DNA of 17,659 nt from Octopus sinensis (taxonomy: Eukaryota), in contig NW_021824632.1 in the NCBI RefSeq assembly GCF_006345805.1, positions 1 through 17,659 of the forward strand. Reading direction: 5' to 3'. Numbering within the stretch: the first letter of the stretch is position 1; each line of letters opens with the position of its first letter. Below, in pieces: positions 1 to 10,492 of this stretch. The notes under the pieces are model-generated. The model saw nothing but the letters and a program-made list of their open reading frames with translations, was not told the DNA's origin and did no database searches. Both the position numbers and the translations under genes were made by a program.

Positions 1-350
1 CAACAGGTGCGTTCTTCTGTATAAAATGATGGAAAAAAAAAGAGCAGAAAAGAAAAGGATAAACATGCGCGCGCACAAAAAATGAAAGTGAGAAAAAAGA
101 AGCGGATTTTAGTTCAGAATTATATTAAAATCTCCAATTTAAGGTGATTTTTAAGAGAAAAAAATAAAGGAAAACATAATAAATGAGGAATTTAAAGTAG
201 CTTAGGAGAACAACAGCAGCAAGAGCAAGGGGAACCGCAGCAATAATGACGACGGGAGCAGCAGTGGCCGTAGTGGCAGCAGTGAGGACAACAATGACAG
301 CAACGAGAGCGACAGCAGCAGCAGCAATATTAGCACCAGCAGCAGCAGCA

Positions 351-897
351 GGAGGCGCAATGGCCCAATGGGTAGGGCAGCGGACTCGCGGTCGGAGGAT
401 CGCAATTTCGATTCCCAGACCGGGCGTTGTGTGTGTTTATTGAGCGAGAACACCTAAAGCTCCACAAGGCTCCGGCAGGGGAGGGGGGGGCAACTCCTGT
501 TTTACTCTTACGCCCCAACTTTCTCTCTCTTTCCGCGATTTCCGGGCAATCTCTGGGCAATCTCCAGGCAATCTCCGGTCGATTTACGGGCTATCTCCGG
601 CGATTTCCGGGCAATCTCCGGGCAATCTCCAGGCAATCTCCGGGCAATCTTCAGGCAGGGGGTGGTGGCGACCCCTGTTGTATTCTTTCGCTCCAACTTT
701 CTCTCACTCTTTCTCCCTGTTTCTTGTCCCCGACTTCCTACGCAACCGCCGAGCCTGGATGAGCATTCCTCCATCCGTCGATGTTCTCGGTGTCGGGGGG
801 TTGACCTGTTTTCTCTTCTGCGGGTCTTACGAATAGCAAAGGACCAACGTTTCGGACTTCTCCCATCTTGCGAGCTCTGGGACGAAGACCGTTCGCT
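351..897 (+). mobile_element. tRNA-derived SINE, family A (GGAGGC head), copy 1, with internal duplication and minisatellite
   Basis: Head GGAGGCGCAATGGCCCAATGGGTAGGGCAGCGGACTCGCGGTC...TTTCGATTCCCAGACCGGGCG has A-box- and B-box-like motifs. Head and body match the minus-strand copies at 13089-13384 and 15785-16066. The 3' end runs into (CAA/CAG)n. Confidence 0.85.
535..654 (+). repeat. 11-bp minisatellite, 11 units, consensus GCAATCTCCGG
   Basis: Units read directly: gcgatttccgg, gcaatctctgg, gcaatctccag, gcaatctccgg, tcgatttacgg, gctatctccgg, cgatttccgg, gcaatctccgg, gcaatctccag, gcaatctccgg, gcaatcttcag. Confidence 0.95.
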
Positions 898-2410
898 CAA
901 CAGCAACAACAACAACAGCAGTATCAGCACTAGCAGCAGCAAGAACAACAAAAATACTGCAGCAATAGTAATAGCAACTGCAGCAACAGTAGGAGTGGTA
1001 GTAGCAGCAACGATAAGAGCAGTAGCTGTAGCAGTAGCAACAAGAGCAACGAGAAGAACAGCAGCAACAACAACAATAACACCAGCGGCAGCAGCACCGA
1101 GAACAGCATTAGCGGCAGTAGAGGCAGTTGCAGCAGTAGTGGCAGCAGCAAGGACAACCACAGTAGCGGCAGCAGCAGCAACGACAATCTCAACAACAAC
1201 AGCAACAACAGCGACAGTAGCGTTAGTGGCAGCAGGAACGACAACAACAACAACGTTAGTGACAGGAGGAACAACAACACCAAAAACAATATTTAAAAAC
1301 AACAACAGCTGCAGAAGCAGTAACGGCAGCAGAAGCGGCGGCAGCAGCAGCGACAACAGCAGTAGTGGAAGTGGCAGCAGCACAAACAATCTCAACAACA
1401 ACAACAACAGCAACAACAGCAACAGTAGCACTTGTATCAGCAACAACAACAACACCTAAAGCAACAATAAGAACAACAACAACAACTGCAGAAGCCGTAG
1501 TGGCGGCAACAGCAACGACAACAGCAATGGTGGCAGTGGCAGCAGCAGCAGCAACAACAACAACAACAACAACAGCAACAGTAGCGTTACTGACAGGAAG
1601 AACAACAACACCAAAAAATAATAACAGCAACAACAACAATAGCAGCAGAAGCAATAACGGCGGCAGTAGCGGTGGCAGCAGCGACGAAAACAGCAATAGT
1701 GGCAGTAGCAGCGGCAGCAACAGCAACACTCTCAACAACAACAGCAACAGCAGCAACAGTAGGACGTGTCGCAGCAGCAACAACAACACCGAAAGCAACA
1801 ATAAGAACAACAACAACAACAACTACAGCAACAGTAGCGTTAGTGACAGCAGGAACAACAACACCAAAAAATAATAATAATAATAATAACAACAACAACG
1901 ACAGCTGCAGAAGTAGTAGAGGCGGCAGTAGCGGCAGTAGCGGCGACAACAGCAGAAGTGGCAGTGGCAGCAGCACAAACAATCTCAACAACAACAACAG
2001 CAACAACAGCAACAGTAGGACTTGTGGCAGCAACAACAACACCAAAAGCAACAATAAGAACAACAACAACAACAGCTGCAGAAGTCGTAGTGGCGGCAGC
2101 AGCGACAACAGCAAAAGTGGCAGCGGCAGCAGCAACAATCCCAACAGCAACAACAACAACGACAACAGCAACAGTAGCGTTAGTGAGAGCAGGAACAACA
2201 ACAGCACCAAAAACAAATAATAATAATAACAACAACAATAGCTGTAGAAGCAGTAGCGGTGGCAGCAGCGACGACAACAGCAAATGTGGCAGTGGCAGCG
2301 GCACAAACAATCTCAACAACAACAGCAGCAAGAACAGCAACAGTAGCACTAGTAGCGGCAGCAGCAACAACAACAACACCAGAAACAACAACAAGAACAA
2401 CAGCAACAAC
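898..2410. repeat. Cryptic CAA/CAG/TAG trinucleotide array with higher-order repeat structure
   Basis: Almost entirely AAC/AGC/AGT/GGC triplets. The marker GTTAGTGACAG...ACACCAAAAA recurs at about 1255, 1586, 1839 and 2179; ACAAACAATCTCAAC-like markers recur at about 1382, 1725, 1974 and 2303. Confidence 0.9.
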
Positions 2411-2934
2411 ATCTTAAATGAAGATGAAAAATCGGTTCTTCGATTCTTTTGTATTTTTCCTTAAACGAATTTTTTGTTTTGCATATTTTTATATACATAG
2501 TTTAACATGCTTTTTTATATATATATTTTTTTAAATACATTTTTGCAAACTTTCTCAAAATTAATTATAAACAAAGGTGTAAAAACTAAAAAGTAATTAA
2601 AAATGCGTGAAATAAAAGTTGATAACATAAGCATTTCTTTTTATCTATTTATTTTATTTAATTATTCATTTATTTTTTTATTTATATTTGTTCCTTTTCG
2701 GAAACGGATCAAAAAGAATCGATGGATCGATTTATTTGAGAATAACGAAGAAATAGGTATCTTATGTTTCTGGAACGTGTCTATAGAGTGGTAGTGGTGG
2801 TGGTGGTGGTGGTTGTGGTGGTCGTCGTCGTGATCGTTGCCGTTGTGGTGGTCGTGGATGGATTGAAGAGTCCTTGATGTGAACCTTACTTTCTTACCTC
2901 TACCTATTTTCAACTTTGTTGATACTAGAAGAAA

Positions 2935-2935
<1 letters not shown>

Positions 2936-3022
<87 letters not shown>

Positions 3023-3044
3023 GATAGATAGATAGACAGACAGC

Positions 3045-3082
<38 letters not shown>
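2936..3082. repeat. Compound microsatellite (GACA)n(GATA)n(GA)n
   Basis: Read directly. Confidence 0.97.
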
Positions 3083-3086
<4 letters not shown>

Positions 3087-3170
3087 AAAGAAAGAGGAGC
3101 AGGAAGATAGACAGATGAGTGCCTCATCAACTGAGTCCGCCCTTACATTTCAGTTATATCTTATCCTTTA

Positions 3171-3681
3171 CGGCTGCGACCTGGGAGAAACGTTAGCACG
3201 CCGGGCAAAAGGCTTACAAGTATTTCGTCTGTCTTTATGTTCTGAGCTCAAATTCCGCAGAGGTCGACTTTGCCTTTCATCCTTTCGGGGTCGATAGATT
3301 AATTACCAGTCGTGTACTGGGGTCGATCTAATCGACTGGTACACTCCCCAGAAATTTTGAGCCTTGAGCCTAGAGTAGAAAAGAATTGTTAGCACGCTGG
3401 ACGAAATGCTTAGCGGTATTTCGCCCGTTGCTATGTGCAGAGTTCAAATTCCGCCGAAGTCGACTTTGATCCTTTCGGGGTCTATAAATTGAATACCATT
3501 GAAACATTAGGGTGGACCTAATCGACTAGCCCCCTGCCCAAAATTTAAGGTTTTGTGTCTTTAGTAGAAAGGATTAACTTTTAAGGGTGGCGAGCTGGCA
3601 GAATCGTTAGCACACCGGGCAAAATGCTTAGCTGTATTTCGTCTGGCCTTATGTTCTGAGTTCAAATTCCACCGAGGTCGT
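3171..3681 (+). mobile_element. Three head-to-tail copies of SINE family C (about 3171-3387, 3383-3576, and 3'-truncated 3583-3681)
   Basis: All three share GTTAGCAC.C.GG.C.AAA.GCTTA...TATTTCG...GAG(T/C)TCAAATTCC.C.GA.GTCG, with a B-box-like GAGTTCAAATTC and an A-box-like AGCTGGCAGAATCG (clearest in copy 3). Copies 1 and 2 continue through ATCCTTTCGGGGTC...TAATCGACT...AGTAGAAA.GA.TT. Confidence 0.85.
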
Positions 3682-3848
3682 TTTTAAGTGGAACAATTAA
3701 GATATGCAAGACCTTTCTCAAAATCAAAATTTGAATGATTTTGTTATCTACATTCCAAGGATGGGGCTTTGTATTTTTGTCAGAAACTAGTTCCTTCCTC
3801 TGGGGCAGAATTTAAATAAAGTCGGAAGACCACATACGTATATACATA

Positions 3849-3895
<47 letters not shown>

Positions 3896-4554
3896 CTTAC
3901 GTAGGTACGTACGTGTGTGTGTGACAGAAAGTCCAAAAACCTAGAAATTATTAATTAAGTATCATCATTACCAAATGATATCTGATATCCGCCCCGCCGA
4001 GATAGGGTCTTGAAATGACTGCCAGCGTTTTTCAACACCTATTGTCTGCCTAAAGCGAGAAACGGTATTTTACACAGTCAAACATGTCACAATTAATAAG
4101 GATCTAAATGTTTGTTTATTCACAACGCTGCTTTCACACGCCCATTACAATATATATATGTAGTTTTAGTCGGGACCAGTTTACTATAAAGAAACAAATT
4201 ACAGACACTCACACACACATATAAACATACAGATATATAAAAAAGAGAAAGCTTACTCTGCGAAAAGAATTCCCTAGAAATTTCAGTAGTGTGTATATCT
4301 CATTCAAAATAAAATATGTGTGAATACAAATTCGAAACTGTATTACGACCATCCACACGTATTGTTTCATTTGTTTCTTCTGATCTCGCCATTTTTTTTT
4401 TTCTCATTTTTATGATAAACTCATCCGCCTCTGCCTTCTCCAATGTCAGGCAATTCACGCACAACGTTGTACAATATATTTTTTTATTCATTTTCGGCTT
4501 TTATCACTGTGTCTTCTAGTGGTTCACTGTATTTTGATATTAATCTTGACAAAC

Positions 4555-4967
4555 AGGAGTAGCTGTGTGGTAAGTAGCTTGCTTACGAACCACATGGTTC
4601 CGGGTTCAATCCCACTGCTTGGCATCTTGGGCAAGTGTCTTCTGCTATAGCTCCGAGCCGACCAATGCCTTGTGAGTGGATTTGGTAGACGAAACTGAAA
4701 GAAGCCTGTCGTATATATATATATGTATATATATATATGAATGTGTGTGTGTTTGTGTGTCTGTGTTTGTTCCCCTAGCATTGCTTGACAACCGATGCTG
4801 GTGTGTTTAAGTTCCCGTCACTTAGCGGTTCGGCAAAAAGAGACCGATAGAATAAGTACTGGGCTTACAAAAAGAATAAGTCCCGGGGTCGAGTTGCTCG
4901 ACTAAAAGGCGGTGTTCCAGCATGGCCGCAGTCAAATGACTGAAACAAGTAAAAGAGTAAAAGAGTG
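4555..4967 (+). mobile_element. tRNA-derived SINE, family B, with internal (TA)n(TG)n; inserted in the Gypsy ADGLSR motif
   Basis: A box TAGCTGTGTGG, B box GGTTCAATCCC, CORE-like CTTGGGCAAGTG, tail (AGTAAAAG)n. AAAC is duplicated at 4551-4554 and 4968-4971; removing the SINE and one copy restores HAGG-LSRL. Reverse complement of 5912-6384. Confidence 0.92.
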
Positions 4968-5163
4968 AAACCACCTGCATGCTCCAATTTTTTCGACGGC
5001 AAATACTCCATCTTGAAGTCGTAATTCAGTAGGATCGTTCCCCAGCGCTGCCATCTGTTGACTGTTTGATCGGGAATACCCTTCTTTGATCCATAGATCA
5101 ACAGTAATGAGCGAAACTCTGTCTGCAGACAGAGCCTTCTTCCATGTATAAATTTATGGAATT

Positions 5164-5605
5164 GGATCTTTTCGGTTTGAACGGCAGTTTTTTTCTAGCG
5201 GTGACATATGAAATTGTCACCCATAATTATGACCCTATTATCGATCTATTGCATTTCAATCTGTTTTAGGGTTAGGGTTAGAGTTAGGGTTAGTTAGGGT
5301 TAGGGTTAGGGCTAGGGGTGTGGGGATGGGTATCTTTTTTTCTTCAGAAATGTAAATAAACCCAATCTGTTTCTTAAACGAGGGACATATTCATACGGCA
5401 CAGAATGTTTTCACCTCGATAGATGTCATTGATTAGTTGAAATTGTAGACATTGAAGAAAAAACAACAAATATCTAACAAACTATAGAATTTTCTCAATA
5501 AAGCCAAGAGAAAAAGATGCTTTATAAACACATTCTATCAGTATACGAAGTTTAAAAGTGTTTAGTTACGTGGAAATTATTTTTAAAAACTGCCGGTCAA
5601 GATCC
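5164..5605. mobile_element. 442-bp non-autonomous DNA transposon (MITE) with imperfect TIRs and an 8-bp TSD; Merlin-like termini
   Basis: TSD ATGGAATT at 5156-5163 and 5606-5613. Left end GGATCT-TTTCGGTT-TGAACGGCAGTTTTT; right end reverse complement GGATCT-TGACCGGCAGTTTTT. Excision restores Gypsy ...KKFHKFIHGR. The superfamily call is inferred from GG termini plus the 8-bp TSD. Confidence 0.9.
5266..5317 (+). repeat. Interstitial telomeric repeat (TTAGGG)n inside the MITE
   Basis: Six perfect TTAGGG units plus TTAGAG, TTAG and CTAGGG variants. Confidence 0.95.
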
Positions 5606-5911
5606 ATGGAATTTTTTTTATCGCAAATATAGCTAATATCTATTTTTTCTATTTGACTGTAACTTTTCTCAGCCAGTAATAATGAATGCGAAACATGAGC
5701 TACCGCTTTCAGGTTACCATCTTCATATTTGTGTAAAATCACAGCTCCAATACCACTTTCACTAGCAACTGCTGCCACTACTATTTCTAAATTCGGGTCA
5801 AAATATGATAACGACAATTCCGAACTTCAGACGTTTTTAATTTCTTCAAAAGTTTTATGGCTTTTGCCCGACCAGTTCCAGACGTTTTTTAACAAGTTAT
5901 GCAAGGTATTA

Positions 5912-6183
5912 CTCTCTCTCTCTCTCTCTCTCTCTTTTACTCTTTTACTTGTTTCAGCCCTTTGACTGCGGCCATGCTGGAGCACCGCCTTTAGTCGCGA
6001 AAATCAACCCCGGGACTTATTCTTTGTAAGTCCAGTACTTATTCTATCGGTCTCTTTAACCGAACCGCTAAGTGACGGGGACGTAAGCACACCAGCATCG
6101 GTTGTCAAGCAATGCTAGGGGGCAAAACACAGACTCACAAACATGCACACACACACACATACATATATCTATATATATATATT

Positions 6184-6221
<38 letters not shown>

Positions 6222-6384
6222 CGACGGGCTTCTTTAAGTTTCCGTCTACCAAATCCACTCACAAGGCTTTGGTCGGCCCGAGTCTATAGTAGAAGACACT
6301 TGCCCAAGGTGCCACGCAGTGAGACCGAACCCGGAACCATGTGGTTGTTAAGCAAGCTACTTAGAACACAGCCACTCCTGCGCC
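5912..6384 (-). mobile_element. tRNA-derived SINE, family B, full-length, with (AG)n tail extension
   Basis: Minus strand starts GGCGCAGGAGTGGCTGTG and is colinear with 4555-4967 throughout, including the internal TA/TG microsatellite and the AGTAAAAGAGTAAAAGAG tail. No TSD seen. Confidence 0.92.
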
Positions 6385-6659
6385 TTTGTATGTAGGCCTT
6401 TGAGCAGGTATCGCTAAGCTTTTGGCAAATTCGATAAAGATTCTCTGCTCAACTTTCTCTGTCATGGTCAATGCGACGATCACACACTACACACCTTCCT
6501 TCGAAGCACTGCTGTAAACTGCAGAAGTGAGCTAGAACGTTAAAACTTAATGCACGTACACAACAAATTTCAAGGTAAATTTACGCCAAGCGGCTTCAAT
6601 CTACGTGCTTTAACTTCGTTACAATGGCAACAGTCCGTATACTTATTGATCAGACCACG
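6385..6659 (-). mobile_element. Mariner (Tc1/mariner) 5' end: TIR plus start of the transposase
   Basis: Minus strand begins TA|CGTGGTCTGATCAATAAGTATACGGACTG, a mariner-type terminus next to TA (6660-6661). ATG at 6465 gives MTEKVEQRIFIEF, then after a 1-nt frameshift (C)QKLSDTCSKAY, resembling the EQRxxIKFCxKLG mariner N-terminal HTH. Cut off by the SINE. Confidence 0.8.
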
Positions 6660-7072
6660 TATTACTGAATATCAATAATTAATTGCCGTCAGATATTTTA
6701 ATATAAAATAGTACAAGAAACAAAATATGGCGTATAGGAGTAAGATTAAGCAAGGGAGATAATCCGTTCTCCCTTCGTTCTATCTTATTTCTTCATTTTG
6801 TATATAGCTTTCCTGCGGGAAGTAATTATAATATATAATATTGGATATAAATGAGATGTGCTTTACATTCTGTAGAGAGATTTTTATGAGCGTAAAAGTA
6901 CGTCGGTGATTAACTTAACTACTGAAGCGGATAATCACCACCTGCTGCAAAAATTGTGATTTGAAGTAGTCAGACAAATAAAAGAAAAAGAAAAGATTGT
7001 AACAAAAGAAAAAAAAGGAAAAAAATGGATTTAATCCTGAACGAGGCACCAAAGAGTAGAAAGAGAAAAAAT

Positions 7073-7075
<3 letters not shown>

Positions 7076-7141
<66 letters not shown>

Positions 7142-7244
7142 AGTATAACGCATACACAGATATATGTAGATAGGAACATATATTGCATATAATACCATAT
7201 GTATGTGCGTCGCTGTATACATATATGTATGTATATATGCGTAT

Positions 7245-7296
<52 letters not shown>

Positions 7297-7332
7297 GCTA
7301 TAATATATATTATATATATATATAATATATAT
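7076..7332. repeat. (TA)n microsatellites
   Basis: Read directly; two runs at about 7076-7134 and 7242-7332. Confidence 0.95.
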
Positions 7333-7710
7333 AGATCCAGGTACATGCATTAATATACGCTGCTATACGCAATATAAAGCCATAAAGGAAAAGTTTAATC
7401 GTCACAAATTGTGACTGAGGATGCTGAATAGTATCTATATTGTGAAATATGAGTTAAAACATTTAAACTGCATAAGCGCACACATATATATATATATACA
7501 TTGAGAGGAGAGATAACCGCTCATGAACAAAGGTGGAAAACTACTGGACTACACTAGTTTTGTCTGTTAATCTCACACTCGGCAGCAGTGTCTCTTCACA
7601 TTGCGCGGATGGTTCAGCTAAAACCTGTGTCATTATGTATATTTACCATATAAATTGATGCCTCAATAATAACAATAACAAGACCAACAATATTAATGAT
7701 AATAATAATG

Positions 7711-7764
<54 letters not shown>

Positions 7765-8318
7765 GATGCAGTACCAGGCAGTGGCTCTCATGGCTTCTGA
7801 TCTTAACTGATTGGAAGTGTTATCATGTACATTGTTTTGTCTTGGTATAAAAGATGGGCTACAGCAAATATTCTGCTCAATACCACAGATTTGCTTGTCA
7901 GTTGTTTGACCATAACCAGTTGAGCATGTCCCTTAGTGGCTGACGATATGTGCATCTCTGATCACGAGCAGAAGTAGTGGGGGAGCATCATAGCCATGTG
8001 TTGAGTGGGATTCTTTGGGGTTTGAATAATTCACCTCTGGAAACATGGGTGGTTCGTTCAACGTCTTTAAACAACCCTTATTCAGGGACCTTTTGAGCGG
8101 GATGGGTTACTCGATCTGAAGAAAATTCTAACTGGGCTCCACCTGCAAGGTCATGTGCTGTTTATCTTGATATGAGATCACCATGTCGCGCACATATGGT
8201 TGTGATGCATGTGCCTGGTGTTACCCTTATCAGAGAGTAGTCATGATGGGTATACTGGGCTTCTTGTATTTTATTCTACCCCAGTGTCACTTTGATGGCA
8301 TGCTCTGCTCACTCACTC
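7765..8318. mobile_element. Roughly 550-bp non-coding interspersed element embedded in a (TAA)n array (unclassified)
   Basis: Complex, higher-GC sequence with sharp borders between (AAT)n at about 7695-7763 and 8319-8481. No ORF. Mobile-element status is inferred from context. Confidence 0.6.
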
Positions 8319-8358
<40 letters not shown>

Positions 8359-8363
8359 TAATA

Positions 8364-8396
<33 letters not shown>

Positions 8397-8412
8397 TAAT
8401 AGTAATATAATA

Positions 8413-8457
<45 letters not shown>

Positions 8458-8481
8458 TATATAATATAATATAATAATAAT

Positions 8482-10473
8482 ATATAAGATAGCACCTGCT
8501 CTCTGCGAAATTTTTTGTCTGTAAGTATGAGATCATGGAGAACCACACTAACTCTGAACAGTGACAATGAATCTCTAAATGCTGGTGATGTAAAAATTTC
8601 ATGTGGCATTTTCCAGGGTTGACTCATATCACCGCTTCTCTCTTCTGTTTAGCCTTAATACCTCTCTCAAAACTGCTCAATTCGCGCAGTACGGATATAA
8701 AATGTTTGATAAAAATATAAATCATCTCATTTACATGGATGATTTAAAGCTCTTTGCAAAAAATGACCAACAACTCAAGGGCTTACTAGCGATTGTCAAA
8801 CAATTCAGTGACGACATCAGAATGCGATTCGGCCTCGATAAATGTGCAAAGCTCCTTTATCAAAGGAAAATGACAGAAACATCTAACGTTAACCTTGACC
8901 AGCAGAATGTCATAAAAGAACTAGACCCAGCGGAGAGCTACAAGTACCTAGGTGTAATTGAAGGGAACGGAATAAGGCATTCAGAGATGAAGGAAAGGAT
9001 CAGGAGAGAATGCTATCGAAGAGTGAGAGCAATACTCAAGACAGAGCTGAATGCAAGAAACAGGATCGAAGCGATCAATGCATTAGCCATACCAGTCGTG
9101 ACTTACAGTTTCAATATCGTTACTGGTCAATACTAGAAATATGTAATCTTGACAGAAAAATACGAAAACTGTTGACAATGCATAGAATGCACCACCCCCT
9201 AAGGCAGATACAGAACGACTTATCTGCCAAGAAAAGAGGGAGGCCGTGGACTTTTACAACTGGCAATAACAATGAAGATTGCTACAATTGGCCTAGACAC
9301 ACCTACCTGAAAAACTCTGAGGACTGGATGTTAAAACTTGTCTCAAAACATGAAAACAAGAAAGCATCATATCAGTAACAAAACAAGCAAAGGAATATAA
9401 GTGAATTCCGAATACAACAAATTTCGGAATTAGAGATAGACATACAGAAACAAGCACAGAAAAAGCTAAGCGCATGAAAACCCTGCTAATCTGCGGCCTT
9501 AGATATTCTGAATGATAAATGGCAAGAAAAACCTCTCTATGGCAAATACCCAAAGAGAGCAAATAATGCAGATGTTGACAAAGCCCTGACCCATCAGGCT
9601 AATGGCCTCTGGCTTAAAATCTGAAACAGAGGGGTTTATCATAGCAGCTCAAGATCAATGCCTACCAACAAGAACTACCAGGCCAACATATATAAAGAAC
9701 GGCAGTGGCCCAACATGTGCATGTTAACAACAAAATGAAACCATTGATCATGTTGTCTCCAAGTGCAGTCTTCTAGCGCCTACAGAGTATCCAACAGGCA
9801 CGATAGAGCTGCACAATATATTTACTGGGTAACTGGCAAAAACCTGGATTTGCCCCATGAAAAAAACTGGTGGGAACACAAACCACCCCCAGTGCTTGAA
9901 AATGACCACATCTCACTCCTCTGGAACTTCACCATTCAAACTGACAGAAAGATAGATGCAAATAGGCCAGACATCATATTGAAAACTTCAAACAAAGAAC
10001 ATGCCCCCTCATTGATATGACTGTCCCAATCGATATAAACGTATCTGTCAAAACCTACCAAAAACTGAGCAAATATAAAGATCTTGAAATAGAAATCAGC
10101 AAAATGTGGAACCTGAAGACTAAAACAATACCTGTTGTCATAGGTGCCCTGGGAATGATAGCAAAAGGGGCTGATAGCTACCTAACTCAGATACCAGGAA
10201 ACCCCAGAATGGCAGAAATTCAAAAGATAGTGCTCATGGGAACTGCTCATATCCTACGCAAAATACTTTCTATGTAATCTCAAGGTTTAAAACAAACATA
10301 ATTCTCGGTTTACAAAAAAAAAAAAGAAAAAACTTTTTTTAGACATTCATTAGTACAACCCCCCCCCCCAAATATATGGCACGCTAGGCATAACAACAAC
10401 CCTGTTGTCCCTTGAAGTCTCTGGGTGAGACTTGGAGCCAACTTGCACAAATATAAGCAAAAGTCAAACATAG
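8482..10473 (+). mobile_element. 5'-truncated R4/Dong-like RLE non-LTR retrotransposon (frameshifted RT, CCHC zinc knuckle, restriction-like endonuclease, 3' UTR)
   Basis: Across frames: GIFQGD(S)...SPLLF; HLIYMDDLKLFAK; FGLDKCAK; YKYLGV; GGRGL; ETEGFIIAAQDQ; ETIDHVVSKC; NRHD; RPDII...LIDMTVP...QKLSKYKDL; PVVIGALG; stop at 10275-10277. Flanked on both sides by (TAA)n, the established target of Dong elements. Confidence 0.93.
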
Positions 10474-10492
10474 AATAATAATAATAATAATG

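Larger units (their letters stand above)
4340..5907 (-). pseudogene. pol: Gypsy/Ty3 LTR-retrotransposon pol remnant (RT connection, RNase H, linker towards integrase), split into three pieces
   Basis: Minus-strand translation: LHNLLKNVWNW...SLSYFDPNLEIVVAAVASESGIGAVILHKYEDG...AEKSYSQIEK (5907-5606); FHKFIHGRRLCLQT...IYGSKKGIP...NRWQRWGTILLNYDFKMEYLPSKKLEHAGG (5163-4968); LSRLISKYSEPLEDTVI...NVVRELP...KAEADEFIIKM (4554 to about 4340). These match the Gypsy RNase H motifs DAS.GIGAVL, YSQIEKE, RLQRW and ADGLSR. Stops and frameshifts are present; the left boundary is approximate. Confidence 0.9.

Noticed and set aside
351-430. Possible tRNA gene (also the other SINE heads)
   Set aside because: There is no closed acceptor stem, and each head runs into a shared repeated body, so these are SINE heads.
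535-654. CRISPR-like appearance of the short repeats
   Set aside because: The 11-bp units are contiguous with no spacers, and the context is eukaryotic.
508-2464. Long Thr/Ala-, Asn/Ser- and Leu-rich ORFs resembling mucin or antifreeze glycoprotein
   Set aside because: They are open in several frames on both strands because of the triplet composition. The Thr/Ala frame shifts between repeat units, TAA runs interrupt it, and the first starts lie inside a SINE.
3919-4091. TGTGAC...GTCACA as possible Gypsy LTR termini
   Set aside because: Only a short inverted match, with no second LTR, polypurine tract or TSD visible.
5266-5317. Chromosome end or fusion site
   Set aside because: The tract is short, in one orientation, and enclosed by TIRs and a TSD.
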